Below, one piece after another: positions 22,983 to 33,170 of a stretch of DNA of 64,000 nucleotides. A program made the position numbers and the translations under genes. Under the pieces are notes generated by a model. The model had not been told where the DNA came from and made no database searches. It was given only the letters and a program-made list of their open reading frames with translations. Each line of letters opens with the position of its first letter. Position 1 is the first letter of the stretch. The DNA lies in NCBI GenBank assembly GCA_013204585.1, contig JABMNL010000003.1, positions 6,992 to 70,991 of the forward strand. The letters run 5' to 3'. Source of the DNA: SAR202 cluster bacterium (lineage in GTDB: Bacteria; Chloroflexota; Dehalococcoidia; Lucifugimonadales; UBA3495).

Positions 22983-24140
22983 ATGAATATTCACGAATTC
23001 CAAGCCAAAGAAATCTTCTCCCGCTACGGTATTCCTGTACCGCGCGGGATTGTCGTTTCCACTCCGGCAGAAGCCAAAGCAGCTACCAAAGAGATGGGCG
23101 GCCAGTCGGTGGTTAAAGCCCAGATTCACGCCGGTGGCCGAGGCAAATCTGGCGGCGTCCAGTTGACGCGTAGCCCGGAAGAGGCCGAAGTAGCTGCCCA
23201 GCGCATGTTGGGGTCTAATCTGGTAACACCTCAGACCGGGCCCGAGGGAGCGCCAGTCGACAAACTACTCATCGAAGAACTGGCCGACATCAAGAATGAA
23301 CTGTATGTCGCTTTGACCATCGACCGCGGCCACCGTGGCCCAGTTATGCTGGTCAGCACCCAGGGCGGAATGGACATCGAAGAGGTAGCCGCCAACGACC
23401 CACAAGACATCTACACCGAGCCGGTGGACCCCTTGATGGGGCTAATGCCCTTCCAGACCCGGCGTTTGGTGCGTAAATTGGGTCTGGACCAAGCAGTTGC
23501 TAGCGATGCCGCCAAGGTCTTAAACGCCCTGTACCGGGTGTTCGTGGATAACGATTGCTCGTTAGTAGAGATTAACCCGCTGATAATCACGGGCGATGAC
23601 CGGGTGGTGGCGCTGGACGCCAAGATTAACTTGGACGACGACTCAATGTTCCGGCACGCCGATTTGAAGGAGTACCGGGACATTAGCCAAGAAAACGCCT
23701 TGGAAGCCCAAGCCGCCGACCTGAACATAGCTTATGTAAACTTGGACGGGGACGTTGGCTGTTTGGTCAATGGCGCTGGTCTGGCCATGGCCACCTTGGA
23801 TGTCACCACCGCAGCAGGGGCAGCCCCAGCCAATTTCCTCGACGTGGGCGGCGGAGCTACCCCAGAAAAGGTCTCCAGCGCCGTGAAGATTATCTTATCG
23901 GACCCCAAAGTCCGAAGAGTGTTGGTCAATATATTCGGCGGTATCCTACGCTGTGATATTGCTGGCGAAGGCATCGTACTGGCCTACAACGAGACTGGCT
24001 CCAAAATACCACTGGTGGTTAGGATGCTGGGCACCAACGTGGTGGAAGGCAAAAAGATTTTGGGCGATTCGGGTCTGTCGGTAGTTTTTGCCGACACCCT
24101 TACCGAGGCCGCCGAGGCAATACAGCAGATTAAGGTTTAG
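22983..24140 (+). CDS. sucC: succinyl-CoA synthetase (ADP-forming) beta subunit
   Basis: Starts MNIHEFQAKEIFSRYGIPVP, the canonical SucC N-terminus; the track ORF 22863..24140 carries a 40-codon spurious extension. GCLVNGAGLAMAT motif. Confidence 0.95.
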   Translation: MNIHEFQAKEIFSRYGIPVPRGIVVSTPAEAKAATKEMGGQSVVKAQIHAGGRGKSGGVQLTRSPEEAEVAAQRMLGSNLVTPQTGPEGAPVDKLLIEELADIKNELYVALTIDRGHRGPVMLVSTQGGMDIEEVAANDPQDIYTEPVDPLMGLMPFQTRRLVRKLGLDQAVASDAAKVLNALYRVFVDNDCSLVEINPLIITGDDRVVALDAKINLDDDSMFRHADLKEYRDISQENALEAQAADLNIAYVNLDGDVGCLVNGAGLAMATLDVTTAAGAAPANFLDVGGGATPEKVSSAVKIILSDPKVRRVLVNIFGGILRCDIAGEGIVLAYNETGSKIPLVVRMLGTNVVEGKKILGDSGLSVVFADTLTEAAEAIQQIKV

Positions 24141-24219
24141 GGCCCGCCGAGGCAATTGAGCAATTCAAGCTGTGAATGGATTAACACTTAGCCGTACAGA
24201 CGGCTGGAGATAGACCGAA

Positions 24220-25113
24220 ATGGGCGTACTGGTCGACGAAAGCACAAGGGTATTGGTACAAGGCATAACTGGACGGGAGGGCAGCTTCCACGCCCGGGCT
24301 TGCATGGCCTATGGGACAAATATCGTGGCCGGAGTTACTCCAGGCCGTGGCGGAACCATGTTCGAAGACAAGGTCCCGGTTTTCAACTCGGTCGAGGAAG
24401 CCGTGGCCCAGACCCAGGCCAACATGTCGTTAATCTTCGTGCCGCCACCCTTCGCTCCCGACGCTATCTGCGAGTCCACCGATGCTGGCATTCCGCTGAT
24501 TGCCTGCATCACCGAGGGGATTCCGGTCCAAGACATGGTAAATGTCTACCGGTACATCCAGAACAAGCCGGTTCGGCTCATCGGGCCAAACTGCCCCGGC
24601 CTAATCAACCCCGGCGCCAAATGTAAGATTGGCATCATGCCCGGAGCCATCCACCTGCCAGGTCGAGTTGGTGTGCTCTCGCGGAGCGGCACGCTGACTT
24701 ACGAAGCGGTGGGACAACTAACGGCGTTGGGGATCGGCCAATCTAGCTGCGTGGGCATTGGCGGCGACCCAATAATTGGGACCAACTTTGTGGACGTCCT
24801 GGCGCTGTTCGATGCTGACCCCGACACTGACGCCGTGGTAATGATTGGCGAGATTGGCGGCACCATGGAACAAGACGCGGCTGCCTTCATCAAGTCCAAT
24901 TTCAGCAAGCCTATCTCCGCCCTAGTCGTCGGATCATCGGCCCCTGCTGGCAAGCGGATGGGCCACGCCGGAGCGATAATCACCGGGGAAACCGCCACCG
25001 CCGAATACAAGCTGGCCGCTCTCAAAGACGCCGGGGCCTCCATTATCCCCACCCCGGCCGACATCGGCACCACCGCCCAAGAGATGCTTCGGAGCCGCGG
25101 CCTACTCAAGTAA
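24220..25113 (+). CDS. sucD: succinyl-CoA synthetase alpha subunit
   Basis: 297 aa with [23 protein letters not shown] and the phosphohistidine loop MGHAGAII. Confidence 0.95.
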   Translation: MGVLVDESTRVLVQGITGREGSFHARACMAYGTNIVAGVTPGRGGTMFEDKVPVFNSVEEAVAQTQANMSLIFVPPPFAPDAICESTDAGIPLIACITEGIPVQDMVNVYRYIQNKPVRLIGPNCPGLINPGAKCKIGIMPGAIHLPGRVGVLSRSGTLTYEAVGQLTALGIGQSSCVGIGGDPIIGTNFVDVLALFDADPDTDAVVMIGEIGGTMEQDAAAFIKSNFSKPISALVVGSSAPAGKRMGHAGAIITGETATAEYKLAALKDAGASIIPTPADIGTTAQEMLRSRGLLK

Positions 25114-25315
25114 ACCCCGCTCCTGGTAATCTCGTCGAACCACTGTTCCTCGCCAGACGGGGCATTCCCAGCAGAAAATTGACTCGCGCGGCCCTTCGAC
25201 GGAGCTCAGGACGAGCGGTTTTCTAACGTCAAGACCGCGAGGGCAACTCCCCTGCTTGTGGTGGAATCTACGCTAGGGCAATAATCGAAAGTCCATAGCT
25301 AGACTCTAGTTTTCG

Positions 25316-25344
25316 TTGTCGCCTAAATCTACGCCTGCTATACT
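25316..25344 (+). promoter_or_regulatory. promoter candidate for gatB (TTGTCG-N17-TATACT)
   Basis: The hexamers are at 25316..25321 and 25339..25344 with a 17-nt spacer. Confidence 0.3.
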
Positions 25345-25412
25345 GGATTTCAGTAACGCACCGCGCCTGAATCCGCTTTTTCACGGCACCGAATCGCCCT
25401 CTGCAACCATTT

Positions 25413-26885
25413 ATGGAATACGAAACAGTTATTGGCCTTGAAGTCCACGTCCAACTGCTGACCCAGAGCAAGATGTTTTGTTCTTGCCGGGCCGATTATC
25501 AGACTGCGCCAGTCAACAGCCGCGTCTGTCCGGTTTGCCTTGGCCTGCCGGGAACGTTGCCAGTGATTAACAAGAAGGCCGTGGAATACACCATCATGAC
25601 CGGCCTGGCCCTGGGCTGTAATATTCCGGCATTCACCAAGTTCGACCGCAAGAACTACCCATACCCCGACCTGATGAAGGGGTATCAGATATCCCAGTAC
25701 GACATGCCTCTAGCCATGAACGGTCATTTGGATGTCACCGACAACGGCCACGAGCGGCGCATACGGGTAGAGCGGGTGCACCTGGAAGAAGATGTTTCCA
25801 AACTCCAGCATGTGAACGCCGACAACGGCGACGCCCACAGCTTGGTGGACGTAAACCGCTCTGGGGTTCCCTTGATGGAAGTGGTCAGCCACCCAGACAT
25901 GCGGTCTCCAGAAGAGGCCCGTTCCTACCTGACTAACCTGCACTCAATCATCATGTACTTGGGGGTATCCACCGGAAACGCCCAGGACGGCAGCTTCCGG
26001 TGCGACGCCAACATCAGTCTCCGCCCGGTTGGTCAAGAAGAGTACGGCACCAAGGCCGAGATTAAGAACATGAACAGCGTACGGGCGGTCTTCATGGCCC
26101 TTAACCACGAGATAGAACGCCAAAAGAAGGTGCTGGATTCCGGAGAGCGGGTAGTTCAAGAGACCCGTGGCTGGTCTGAAGAGCGCAGCGCCACCTACTC
26201 CCAACGTAGCAAGGAAGAAGCCCACGACTATCGCTATTTCCCGGAGCCAGACCTGCCTCCGCTGGCTGTGGACGGCGCATGGATTGAAGAGATACGTGGC
26301 AAGATTCCCGAATTGGCAGCCGAGCGCCAGGCCAGGTTCAGCCAGCAATTCGGACTGTCGGAATACGACGCCCGGCTGCTGACCAGTTCCAAGGCGATGG
26401 CCGATTTCTACGAGCAGACCACCGGACTCAAATCCCTGAGCGGGGCTGAAAGCGAAAAGTTCGCCAAGAACGTCAGCAACTGGATATTGGGCGAACTGAG
26501 TCGGCTGCTGAACCTGCAAAACAAAGAGATTGACGAATCCCCAATTTCGCCAGAGCACTTAGTCGAGTTAGTCGACCTGGTCGACCTGGGCACGGTGAGC
26601 GTGTCCATGGCCAAGACGGTGCTGGAAGAAGCCTTTGATTCGGGACATTCTCCGGCGCAGGTAGTCCAGGAGAAGGGCTATACTCAGATAAGCGATTCCT
26701 CGGCGGTTGAGTCGGCAGTGGGCGAGGCCATCGACGCTAACCCCAACGCCGTGTCGGACTACATGGGCGGCAAAGACACCGCCGCCAAATTCTTGGTGGG
26801 CCAGGTAATGAAGATTACCAAGGGCCAGGCCAAGCCAGACCTCGTGAACCAACTCGTTGTCGAGGCGCTGGAAGCCTTAAAATAA
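25413..26885 (+). CDS. gatB: Asp-tRNA(Asn)/Glu-tRNA(Gln) amidotransferase subunit B
   Basis: 490 aa with the MEYETVIGLEVHVQL N-terminus, CPVCLGLPGTLPV and a C-terminal YqeY-like tail. No gatA or gatC is adjacent. Confidence 0.95.
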   Translation: MEYETVIGLEVHVQLLTQSKMFCSCRADYQTAPVNSRVCPVCLGLPGTLPVINKKAVEYTIMTGLALGCNIPAFTKFDRKNYPYPDLMKGYQISQYDMPLAMNGHLDVTDNGHERRIRVERVHLEEDVSKLQHVNADNGDAHSLVDVNRSGVPLMEVVSHPDMRSPEEARSYLTNLHSIIMYLGVSTGNAQDGSFRCDANISLRPVGQEEYGTKAEIKNMNSVRAVFMALNHEIERQKKVLDSGERVVQETRGWSEERSATYSQRSKEEAHDYRYFPEPDLPPLAVDGAWIEEIRGKIPELAAERQARFSQQFGLSEYDARLLTSSKAMADFYEQTTGLKSLSGAESEKFAKNVSNWILGELSRLLNLQNKEIDESPISPEHLVELVDLVDLGTVSVSMAKTVLEEAFDSGHSPAQVVQEKGYTQISDSSAVESAVGEAIDANPNAVSDYMGGKDTAAKFLVGQVMKITKGQAKPDLVNQLVVEALEALK

Positions 26886-26960
26886 GGGCTATGATTCAAC
26901 AAGGGCTACCAATCAACTAGGGCTAATTAGAAGGCGGTAATTCTCCGCCGAGGTCAAACC

Positions 26961-27176
26961 ATGAACGATTTTATGAACATCATCCAACTGCTGATATCCA
27001 TCTTATTGGTGGCTGTGATTTTAATTCAGGTCAAAGAAGGCGGCGGTGGGCTATTCGGCTCCGCATCTTCCACCGTCCGAACCCGCCGGGGGATGGAGAA
27101 AACACTCTTTCAGTTCACCATCGTCCTGGCAGTGGCCTTTGTCCTTATTTCGATTATTAGCGTCCGGGTAGGCTAG
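26961..27176 (+). CDS. secG: preprotein translocase subunit SecG
   Basis: 71 aa with two TM helices separated by a GGGGLFG loop, the typical SecG layout. Confidence 0.85.
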   Translation: MNDFMNIIQLLISILLVAVILIQVKEGGGGLFGSASSTVRTRRGMEKTLFQFTIVLAVAFVLISIISVRVG

Positions 27177-27207
27177 CCGGGGGCGGTCTCCTCCGCCCAA
27201 TTCCGCC

Positions 27208-28047
27208 ATGACTTCCCCTCTACTAGTCTTCACCACCGACTTTGGCCTATCCGACGCCTATGCCGGGGTCATGAAGGGAGTGGCACTGACGATTAATCCA
27301 GACCTCTGCCTAATCGACTTAACCCACCAGATACTCCCCCAGAACATCGCCCAGGGCTCTTTCCTTCTGGGCATCAACCATCGCTACTTCCCCCAAGACG
27401 CCATCCATGTCGCCGTTGTTGACCCAGGCGTTGGCACAGACCGTCGGCCTGTTCTGTTATCCACTCCACGAGGCCGCTTTGTGGCCCCGGACAACGGTCT
27501 GCTCAGCGGTGTGATTTCCGGCTACCTGGAATCAGATCCTACCGATTCTGGCCCCATATCTCTGCCGCCAGAACTCTCTGCCGTGCACCTGACCAATCCC
27601 GAATACTGGCGTCACCCGGTCAGCCAGACCTTTCATGGCCGCGACGTGTTTACCCCCGTGGCCGCGCACTTGTCCCTGGGAGTCTCGCCGGAAGACATGG
27701 GTGAGTTAATCGATAGTTTGGTCTATCTACCGATTCCCCAGCCGGTTCAGACAGGCGGAATAATCACTGGCCGAGTGATTTACCAAGATGTCTACGGCAA
27801 CTTGGTGACCAACATATCGGCCGACATTTTAATGGTGCCAAAATCTGCCGATGTTCTAATCAAGGGCCGAAGCATCCATGGCTTGCAGTCCACGTTTAAC
27901 GACGCAAACGGGACCACCAACGGTAAGTTAATCGCCCTAGCAGGCAGCCACGGATACTTGGAAGTTGCGGTATCCAACGGCCACGCGGCCCAATTTTTGG
28001 AAGTCAGCGCAGGTGAACCGGTCGAGGTGGTCACCGAACCAGCCTGA
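27208..28047 (+). CDS. SAM hydroxide adenosyltransferase (DUF62, chlorinase/fluorinase-related)
   Basis: 279 aa with N-terminal FTTDFGLSDAYAGVMKGV and the VDPGVGT motif characteristic of the family. Confidence 0.85.
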   Translation: MTSPLLVFTTDFGLSDAYAGVMKGVALTINPDLCLIDLTHQILPQNIAQGSFLLGINHRYFPQDAIHVAVVDPGVGTDRRPVLLSTPRGRFVAPDNGLLSGVISGYLESDPTDSGPISLPPELSAVHLTNPEYWRHPVSQTFHGRDVFTPVAAHLSLGVSPEDMGELIDSLVYLPIPQPVQTGGIITGRVIYQDVYGNLVTNISADILMVPKSADVLIKGRSIHGLQSTFNDANGTTNGKLIALAGSHGYLEVAVSNGHAAQFLEVSAGEPVEVVTEPA

Positions 28048-28160
28048 CGCGCCCGGTTAACGCGCCCGGTTGACATCAATAGGCGGCATGCTAACATTGT
28101 TCAAATTCGCCTGACCTTCACTAATGGCCAGGCATCCCCACGCACGGCGCAGGAGGGATT

Positions 28161-29168
28161 ATGGAACTCGACCGCGAAAGTATCCTAAAGCTTTTTAAAA
28201 CGATGGCGACGATCCGCCACTTCGAGGAGCGGGGCATCCCAGAAACTGGACAACGGGGCATGTCAGCCTCGGTCCATTCCTCCGCTGGACAAGAGGCGGT
28301 AGCCACCGGGGTGTGCGCCAACCTCACCAACGAGGACTACATCGGCAGCACCCACCGGGGTCACGGCCACTGTATCGCCAAGGGAGTCGACCCCAAGCTG
28401 ATGATGGCAGAGCTCTTTGGACGCGCAACGGGCCCCAACAAGGGCAAGGGCGGCTCGATGCACATCTCAGACATGAGCAAGGGCATGTTGGGCACCAACG
28501 GCGTTGTGGGGGCTAGCATACCGCTGGCCGTGGGAGCGGCCCTAACCTCCAAAGTAAAGAAACTTGGCCGGGTAGCCGTAGCCTTCTTTGGAGACGGGGC
28601 TTCCAATCAAGGCGTGCTCCACGAGTCCATGAATTTGGCCTCGGTCTGGAAACTTCCGGTGATTTTCTGCTGCGAGAATAATGGGTACGCCATGTCCACC
28701 CCCAGCGAGTACGCGTTGTCCACCGCCCACGTGGCCGACCGGGCCCAAGGCTACGACATGCCGGGCATTACCGTAGACGGCATGGACGTTTTCGCGGTTT
28801 ACGACGCTGCGGCCCAGGCAGTAGCCAGGGCCAGAGCTGGCGACGGCCCTTCCCTAATCGAGTGCCAGACCTACCGTTTTTACGGACACACGGTGTTCGA
28901 CAACCCGCTGACCTACCGCTCTAAAGAAGAGGAAGACCACTGGCGGGCCCGTGATCCGCTGAAACTCTTCCGAGAGGCGGTTCTCCCCCAAGGCGACATT
29001 ACCGCCGCCGAACTGGACCAGATTGAGGCGGACGCCGAGGCCTTGATGGAAGAAGCGGTGAAATTTGCCGACGAAAGCCCCCTTCCCGAGCCAGTGGAAC
29101 TGTACGACGACGTCTACGTGAATTACCCCAGGGAATTGCTGAAGCGCGGCGTGAACATGGCTGTCTAG
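28161..29168 (+). CDS. thiamine-diphosphate-dependent 2-oxoacid (pyruvate/acetoin-type) dehydrogenase E1 alpha subunit
   Basis: 335 aa with STHRGHGHCIAKG and the TPP-binding GDGASNQG...ENNGYAMST motif. Confidence 0.9.
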   Translation: MELDRESILKLFKTMATIRHFEERGIPETGQRGMSASVHSSAGQEAVATGVCANLTNEDYIGSTHRGHGHCIAKGVDPKLMMAELFGRATGPNKGKGGSMHISDMSKGMLGTNGVVGASIPLAVGAALTSKVKKLGRVAVAFFGDGASNQGVLHESMNLASVWKLPVIFCCENNGYAMSTPSEYALSTAHVADRAQGYDMPGITVDGMDVFAVYDAAAQAVARARAGDGPSLIECQTYRFYGHTVFDNPLTYRSKEEEDHWRARDPLKLFREAVLPQGDITAAELDQIEADAEALMEEAVKFADESPLPEPVELYDDVYVNYPRELLKRGVNMAV

Positions 29169-29231
29169 GCCTCCCGCAGCCAAGTTTCTAGGGCAGACCA
29201 AGACAGACCCAGGGAATTCAAGGAGAGCCAG

Positions 29232-30299
29232 ATGACGATTACTAACCAGACCGCCGGTCAGTTAGCGGGCATGCACGCAACAGGCACCCGGGAGATTCAA
29301 GTCCGGGAAGCCATCAACGAATGTCTTCGCCAAGAGATGGAACTGGACGAAAACGTAATCATCATGGGCGAGGAGATTGCCGGAGGCGCGGGACGCCAAG
29401 ACCAGGGAGTTGAAGACGCCTGGGGCGGGCCTTTTCGCACCACGGTGGGCCTAATCCAACAATTCGGTAAAGAACGGGTTTTGGACACTCCCCTCTCCGA
29501 GGCTGCCTTCATCGGGGCGGCCATCGGCGCGTCATCCACCGGACTTAGGGCAGTTGCCGAATTGATGTTCGTAGATTTCATTGGCGTCTGCATGGACCAA
29601 TTGGTCAACAACGCCGCCAAGATGCGCTATATGTTCGGTGGCCAGGTAAAGGTGCCTTTCACCATGATGACACGCATCGGAGCTGGATTCGGGGCTGCTG
29701 CCCAGCATTCCGAATCTTACTACTCGATATTCAGCCACTTCCCCGGCCTAAAGGGTGTGGTGCCTTCCGACGCCTACACCGCCAAAGGTCTGCTGGCCGC
29801 CGCTATCCGCGACGACGACCCAGTGGTGTACTTCGAGCATAAAGGCCTGTATGGCAGCGTTGGCCCAGTGCCGGAAGAGCCTTACGTACTGCCGCTGGGC
29901 AAGGCCCGTACCGTGCGTGAAGGGACTGATATTACTCTGGTGGGCATCTCCAAGATGACCTGGGTTTGTACCGCAGCCGCCGAGGAACTAGCCAAAGAGG
30001 GCATTAGTTGCGAGGTTATTGACCTGCTCAGTGTTTCTCCCATCGACTACGACCACATCAACGAATCGGTCCTCAAGACCCACCGTTTGGTGGTGGTGGA
30101 CGAAGACACCCCTATCTGCAGCATGGCCTCGGAGATTTGCTCTAGGGTGGCGGAAGAGGTATTCGATTACCTGGACGCGCCGCCTTCCAGAGTGACAGCG
30201 CCCCACACGCCGGTGCCCTACAGCCGGGCCATGGAAAACGAGTACATGCCCAACGAGTCGCGGGTCAAAACTACCGTCAGGAACTTGATGAACCGGTAG
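29232..30299 (+). CDS. 2-oxoacid dehydrogenase E1 beta subunit
   Basis: 355 aa with a transketolase-like pyrimidine-binding pattern (RVLDTPLSEAAFIGAAIGAS) and a C-terminal domain. Confidence 0.9.
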   Translation: MTITNQTAGQLAGMHATGTREIQVREAINECLRQEMELDENVIIMGEEIAGGAGRQDQGVEDAWGGPFRTTVGLIQQFGKERVLDTPLSEAAFIGAAIGASSTGLRAVAELMFVDFIGVCMDQLVNNAAKMRYMFGGQVKVPFTMMTRIGAGFGAAAQHSESYYSIFSHFPGLKGVVPSDAYTAKGLLAAAIRDDDPVVYFEHKGLYGSVGPVPEEPYVLPLGKARTVREGTDITLVGISKMTWVCTAAAEELAKEGISCEVIDLLSVSPIDYDHINESVLKTHRLVVVDEDTPICSMASEICSRVAEEVFDYLDAPPSRVTAPHTPVPYSRAMENEYMPNESRVKTTVRNLMNR

Positions 30300-30318
30300 T
30301 CCCAACAATATTCCAAGC

Positions 30319-30366
30319 AAAATAAAACCACCGGCCCCATTGAAACGGGGCCGGTGGTTTTATTTT
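30319..30366. terminator. bidirectional rho-independent terminator
   Basis: A perfect 20-bp stem aaaataaaaccaccggcccc / ggggccggtggttttatttt lies between convergent genes. Confidence 0.85.
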
Positions 30367-30404
30367 GCTTAGTTAGTCTGTGGTGGTGCTAGTAGAGCTT
30401 GGCG

Positions 30405-31163
30405 CTACTTAGTCGCTACCTGGACGATGAAGTCCGGGTCATAGAGATCGTACTCGGACTCGAAATCTCCGTAACGTTCGACATTCTGGAATCCTGTCTC
30501 AGTGAACAAAGACGTTACGTAGTCCTGCCTGATGGGACAGAGTGTGAGGTGGTGTACCGAGCCGTCGGCGTAGGAATACCGGAACAACACACCGTTTTCG
30601 CTGATAGTCTCGGGCCGAATGTCGACCGTATCGCCCAGATAATAAGACTCGTGTTTGCTGCTAAACCCGTTGTCGAGAATGGAATCATAATTGCGATGGT
30701 CGATGATTGCCACGCCACCGGGATTCAGCAGACTGTATATCTCGTCCATTGCTGTGCGCCGTTCAGTGTCCTCGAACAGATGAGTGAAGGCGTTACCTAA
30801 ACAGACAATCGCGTCGAATTTATCGTCGGTGAATGTCTCGGAAAGAGAAGTCCATTCTGCCTCTTCTAGGCGCACATCATCTAGTCCGAACCGTTCCGCA
30901 TTCTCTTTCGCCTTGCTGATCATGTTGGCAGAGCCGTCAGACCCGGTAACGTCGAACCCGTTCAAGCCCAGGGTTACCGTGTGGTAGCCGGTGCCACTAG
31001 CTATGTCGAGTACGGTTGCGGCCCCTTTTTCTTTCAGAACCCGCTCGAAGAATCCGCCTTCGGACTCGCCGCGTTTTTCCCAGTCGATAAGTTCATCCCA
31101 GCGCCCGACGAACTCAGAGGTATATTCTTTGATGAAAAGATTGCTCTTATTTAGTGTATTCAT
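30405..31163 (-). CDS. glycine/sarcosine N-methyltransferase (GSMT-like)
   Basis: 252 aa. The segments WDELIDWEKRGESEGGFF, VLDIASGTGYH, AIVCLGNAFTHLF, LNPGGVAIIDHRNYDSILD and DPDFIVQVATK parallel halophile GSMT sequences as I remember them. Confidence 0.78.
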   Translation of the reverse strand: MNTLNKSNLFIKEYTSEFVGRWDELIDWEKRGESEGGFFERVLKEKGAATVLDIASGTGYHTVTLGLNGFDVTGSDGSANMISKAKENAERFGLDDVRLEEAEWTSLSETFTDDKFDAIVCLGNAFTHLFEDTERRTAMDEIYSLLNPGGVAIIDHRNYDSILDNGFSSKHESYYLGDTVDIRPETISENGVLFRYSYADGSVHHLTLCPIRQDYVTSLFTETGFQNVERYGDFESEYDLYDPDFIVQVATK

Positions 31164-31191
31164 AGGCTACAATTTTCTCCAAGATTTCGGC

Positions 31192-32022
31192 TTATTTATT
31201 TTGAGCCACAAACATGGCCCAGCCGATCTTATTTGCCTGTGCCGCATCTACCCAGAACCCCAGCGCGTCAACGGTGCCGTCGATGGTTTCGGCGTCCACC
31301 AGTTTTAGCAAGTCGTCCCGGTTGGCAAGCACCTGATCACGTACCCAGCCGTATGACCGAGCAACGTGTTCTGACCAGTCTTGAATATGCCCTACGTCTA
31401 GTCGCAGGTTCTCGAGTGCCTCGCGGTAATCACTCATGTCCCACATGTCGGGGGACTTCACACGGTCGTAGATTCTAACCCGATCACTTTCGGGTGTATT
31501 GCTGCGAACCAGTATGTCGGTGAATACCAGGGTTCCACCAGAAACCAAGACCCGCTGGCATTCCCCTAGGATACGCGACTTGTCCGCTCCGTGCAAGAAA
31601 GCTTCCTGACTCCAGACTACGTCGAAGCTAGCATCAGCGTACTTAAGCTCGTGGAAATCTCCGTACTCAAAGGTCAGCAGGTTCTCCAAACCAGCCTCTG
31701 TGGCACGCTCACGGCCCAATGCCAGCTCCTTCTCGCTGATATTGGTAGCCGTAACGTGGCAACCGTAATTTGCGGCCAAATAGCGAGCTGTCGAGCCATA
31801 CCCACATCCAAGGTCAAGAACCCGCGTCTCTGACGTTAGATTCACGGCTTTCGCCATAATCTCGTTGGTGTGCTCCATAGCCTCGGGATGGGGACATTCT
31901 TCGCTACAAGGCACGCCCAAGTGCAGGTTATCGCCCCAGATGGTGCGATATATCTGGTCAGCGGGGCCATCGTAGTAGGCCTTGGTGCTGGAAACTACTG
32001 ATTCTGTATCTCGATTTGTCAT
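31192..32022 (-). CDS. sarcosine/dimethylglycine N-methyltransferase (SDMT/DMT-like)
   Basis: 276 aa. The segments YYDGPADQIYRTIWGDNLHLG, VLDLGCGYGSTARY, FDVVWSQEAFLH, GGTLVFTD and C-terminal GWAMFVAQNK parallel cyanobacterial/halophile DMT. Confidence 0.75.
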   Translation of the reverse strand: MTNRDTESVVSSTKAYYDGPADQIYRTIWGDNLHLGVPCSEECPHPEAMEHTNEIMAKAVNLTSETRVLDLGCGYGSTARYLAANYGCHVTATNISEKELALGRERATEAGLENLLTFEYGDFHELKYADASFDVVWSQEAFLHGADKSRILGECQRVLVSGGTLVFTDILVRSNTPESDRVRIYDRVKSPDMWDMSDYREALENLRLDVGHIQDWSEHVARSYGWVRDQVLANRDDLLKLVDAETIDGTVDALGFWVDAAQANKIGWAMFVAQNK

Positions 32023-32110
32023 TGTAGGTTTAGCCTCGTTTAAGCCTGTGCCAGGCTAGTCGAAGCCCGGTTAGTAGCCTTTGGTTGGTATTTTTTGGTT
32101 TTCCGGGGTT

Positions 32111-32962
32111 TTAGTGAAAGAGCTGGCCGCCATTTACGTTGTAAGCCTGGCCAGTTATGAAAGACGCATCGTCTCCGGCTAAGAAAGACACCATCTTGGC
32201 CACGTCTTCAGACTCAGCGATGCGTCCTAGCGGGGTGCTCTGACCCGAGTTTTCGACAATCTGACCTCTGAATTCCTCTTGGGTAATGCCCCTCTGTTCG
32301 GCCTGGTCCCGCTCCCAATAGCTCATACGGTCAGTATTTATGGGGCCGGGGCAAACGGCGTTAACGGTGATGTTGTAGGGGGCAAGATCCATGGCCGAGG
32401 CTTGAGTCAGCCCCAGCACGGCGAACTTGGACGCCGAATACGCTGCACCGTTGGCGCTGGCCTGTTTTGCGGCATTGGATGCAATGTTAACAATGCGCCC
32501 ACCATTTCCTGCGCTAATCATGTGCCGCGCCACGAATTTAGTGCACAGGAATACCGCAGTAGTGTTGATGGCGAAGAAGTGATCCCAGACCTCTTTATCC
32601 AGTTCAGTCACCGGCACCTTGTCCTTGCCGATGATGGCCCGGGCATTGTTGACCAGAATGTCGATGCGGCCAAATTCGCTGATGGTCTGTTCAACCATGC
32701 GCTCAATCTGGGCCGGGTCGGAGAGGTCGCAGTAAATCGGCAGGCTGCGCCTACCCAGAGCCTGAACCTCGGTGGATACGGTGTCGATACCGCCCCACTC
32801 GTTCCTGACCTCGGCTGGCGGCAAATCCGGAATTTCCCGATGAACATCAGTCAGGGCCATATCAGCGCCCTGACCAGCCAACTTCATGACTGTCGCCCTG
32901 CCTACCCCACGCATGCCACCCGCGCCTGTGACCAGGGCTATTTTCCCGTCCAGTCCGGGCAT
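32111..32962 (-). CDS. SDR-family oxidoreductase
   Basis: Starts at MPGLDGKIALVTGAGGMRG (ATG 32962, GGAGG Shine-Dalgarno); the track ORF to 33127 is an extension. Contains the TGxxxGxG and YSASK motifs. Confidence 0.85.
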   Translation of the reverse strand: MPGLDGKIALVTGAGGMRGVGRATVMKLAGQGADMALTDVHREIPDLPPAEVRNEWGGIDTVSTEVQALGRRSLPIYCDLSDPAQIERMVEQTISEFGRIDILVNNARAIIGKDKVPVTELDKEVWDHFFAINTTAVFLCTKFVARHMISAGNGGRIVNIASNAAKQASANGAAYSASKFAVLGLTQASAMDLAPYNITVNAVCPGPINTDRMSYWERDQAEQRGITQEEFRGQIVENSGQSTPLGRIAESEDVAKMVSFLAGDDASFITGQAYNVNGGQLFH

Positions 32963-33170
32963 GAATACCTCCCGCCATCCACGGCAAATTAGGGGCATTC
33001 TATGATATGTGAGCGTGGAACACAAATCTAGGCCCGGTTTTGAGCCTGGCCCCGTGCCTGTGGTAGTATGGGGGCAGCCAAATTCGGGCGTGATATTAGA
33101 CACCTTCACGGACACGCCTACAGGCACGAATCCAACAATAATTTAATTCGTCGGCAGGAGGGAACTCATC

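Noticed and set aside
25114-25412. 299-bp sucD-gatB spacer, considered for a structured RNA or T-box (upstream of an amidotransferase gene)
   Set aside because: No T-box specifier/antiterminator sequence or other recognisable riboswitch core is present. A plausible plain promoter (TTGTCG-N17-TATACT) accounts for the region.
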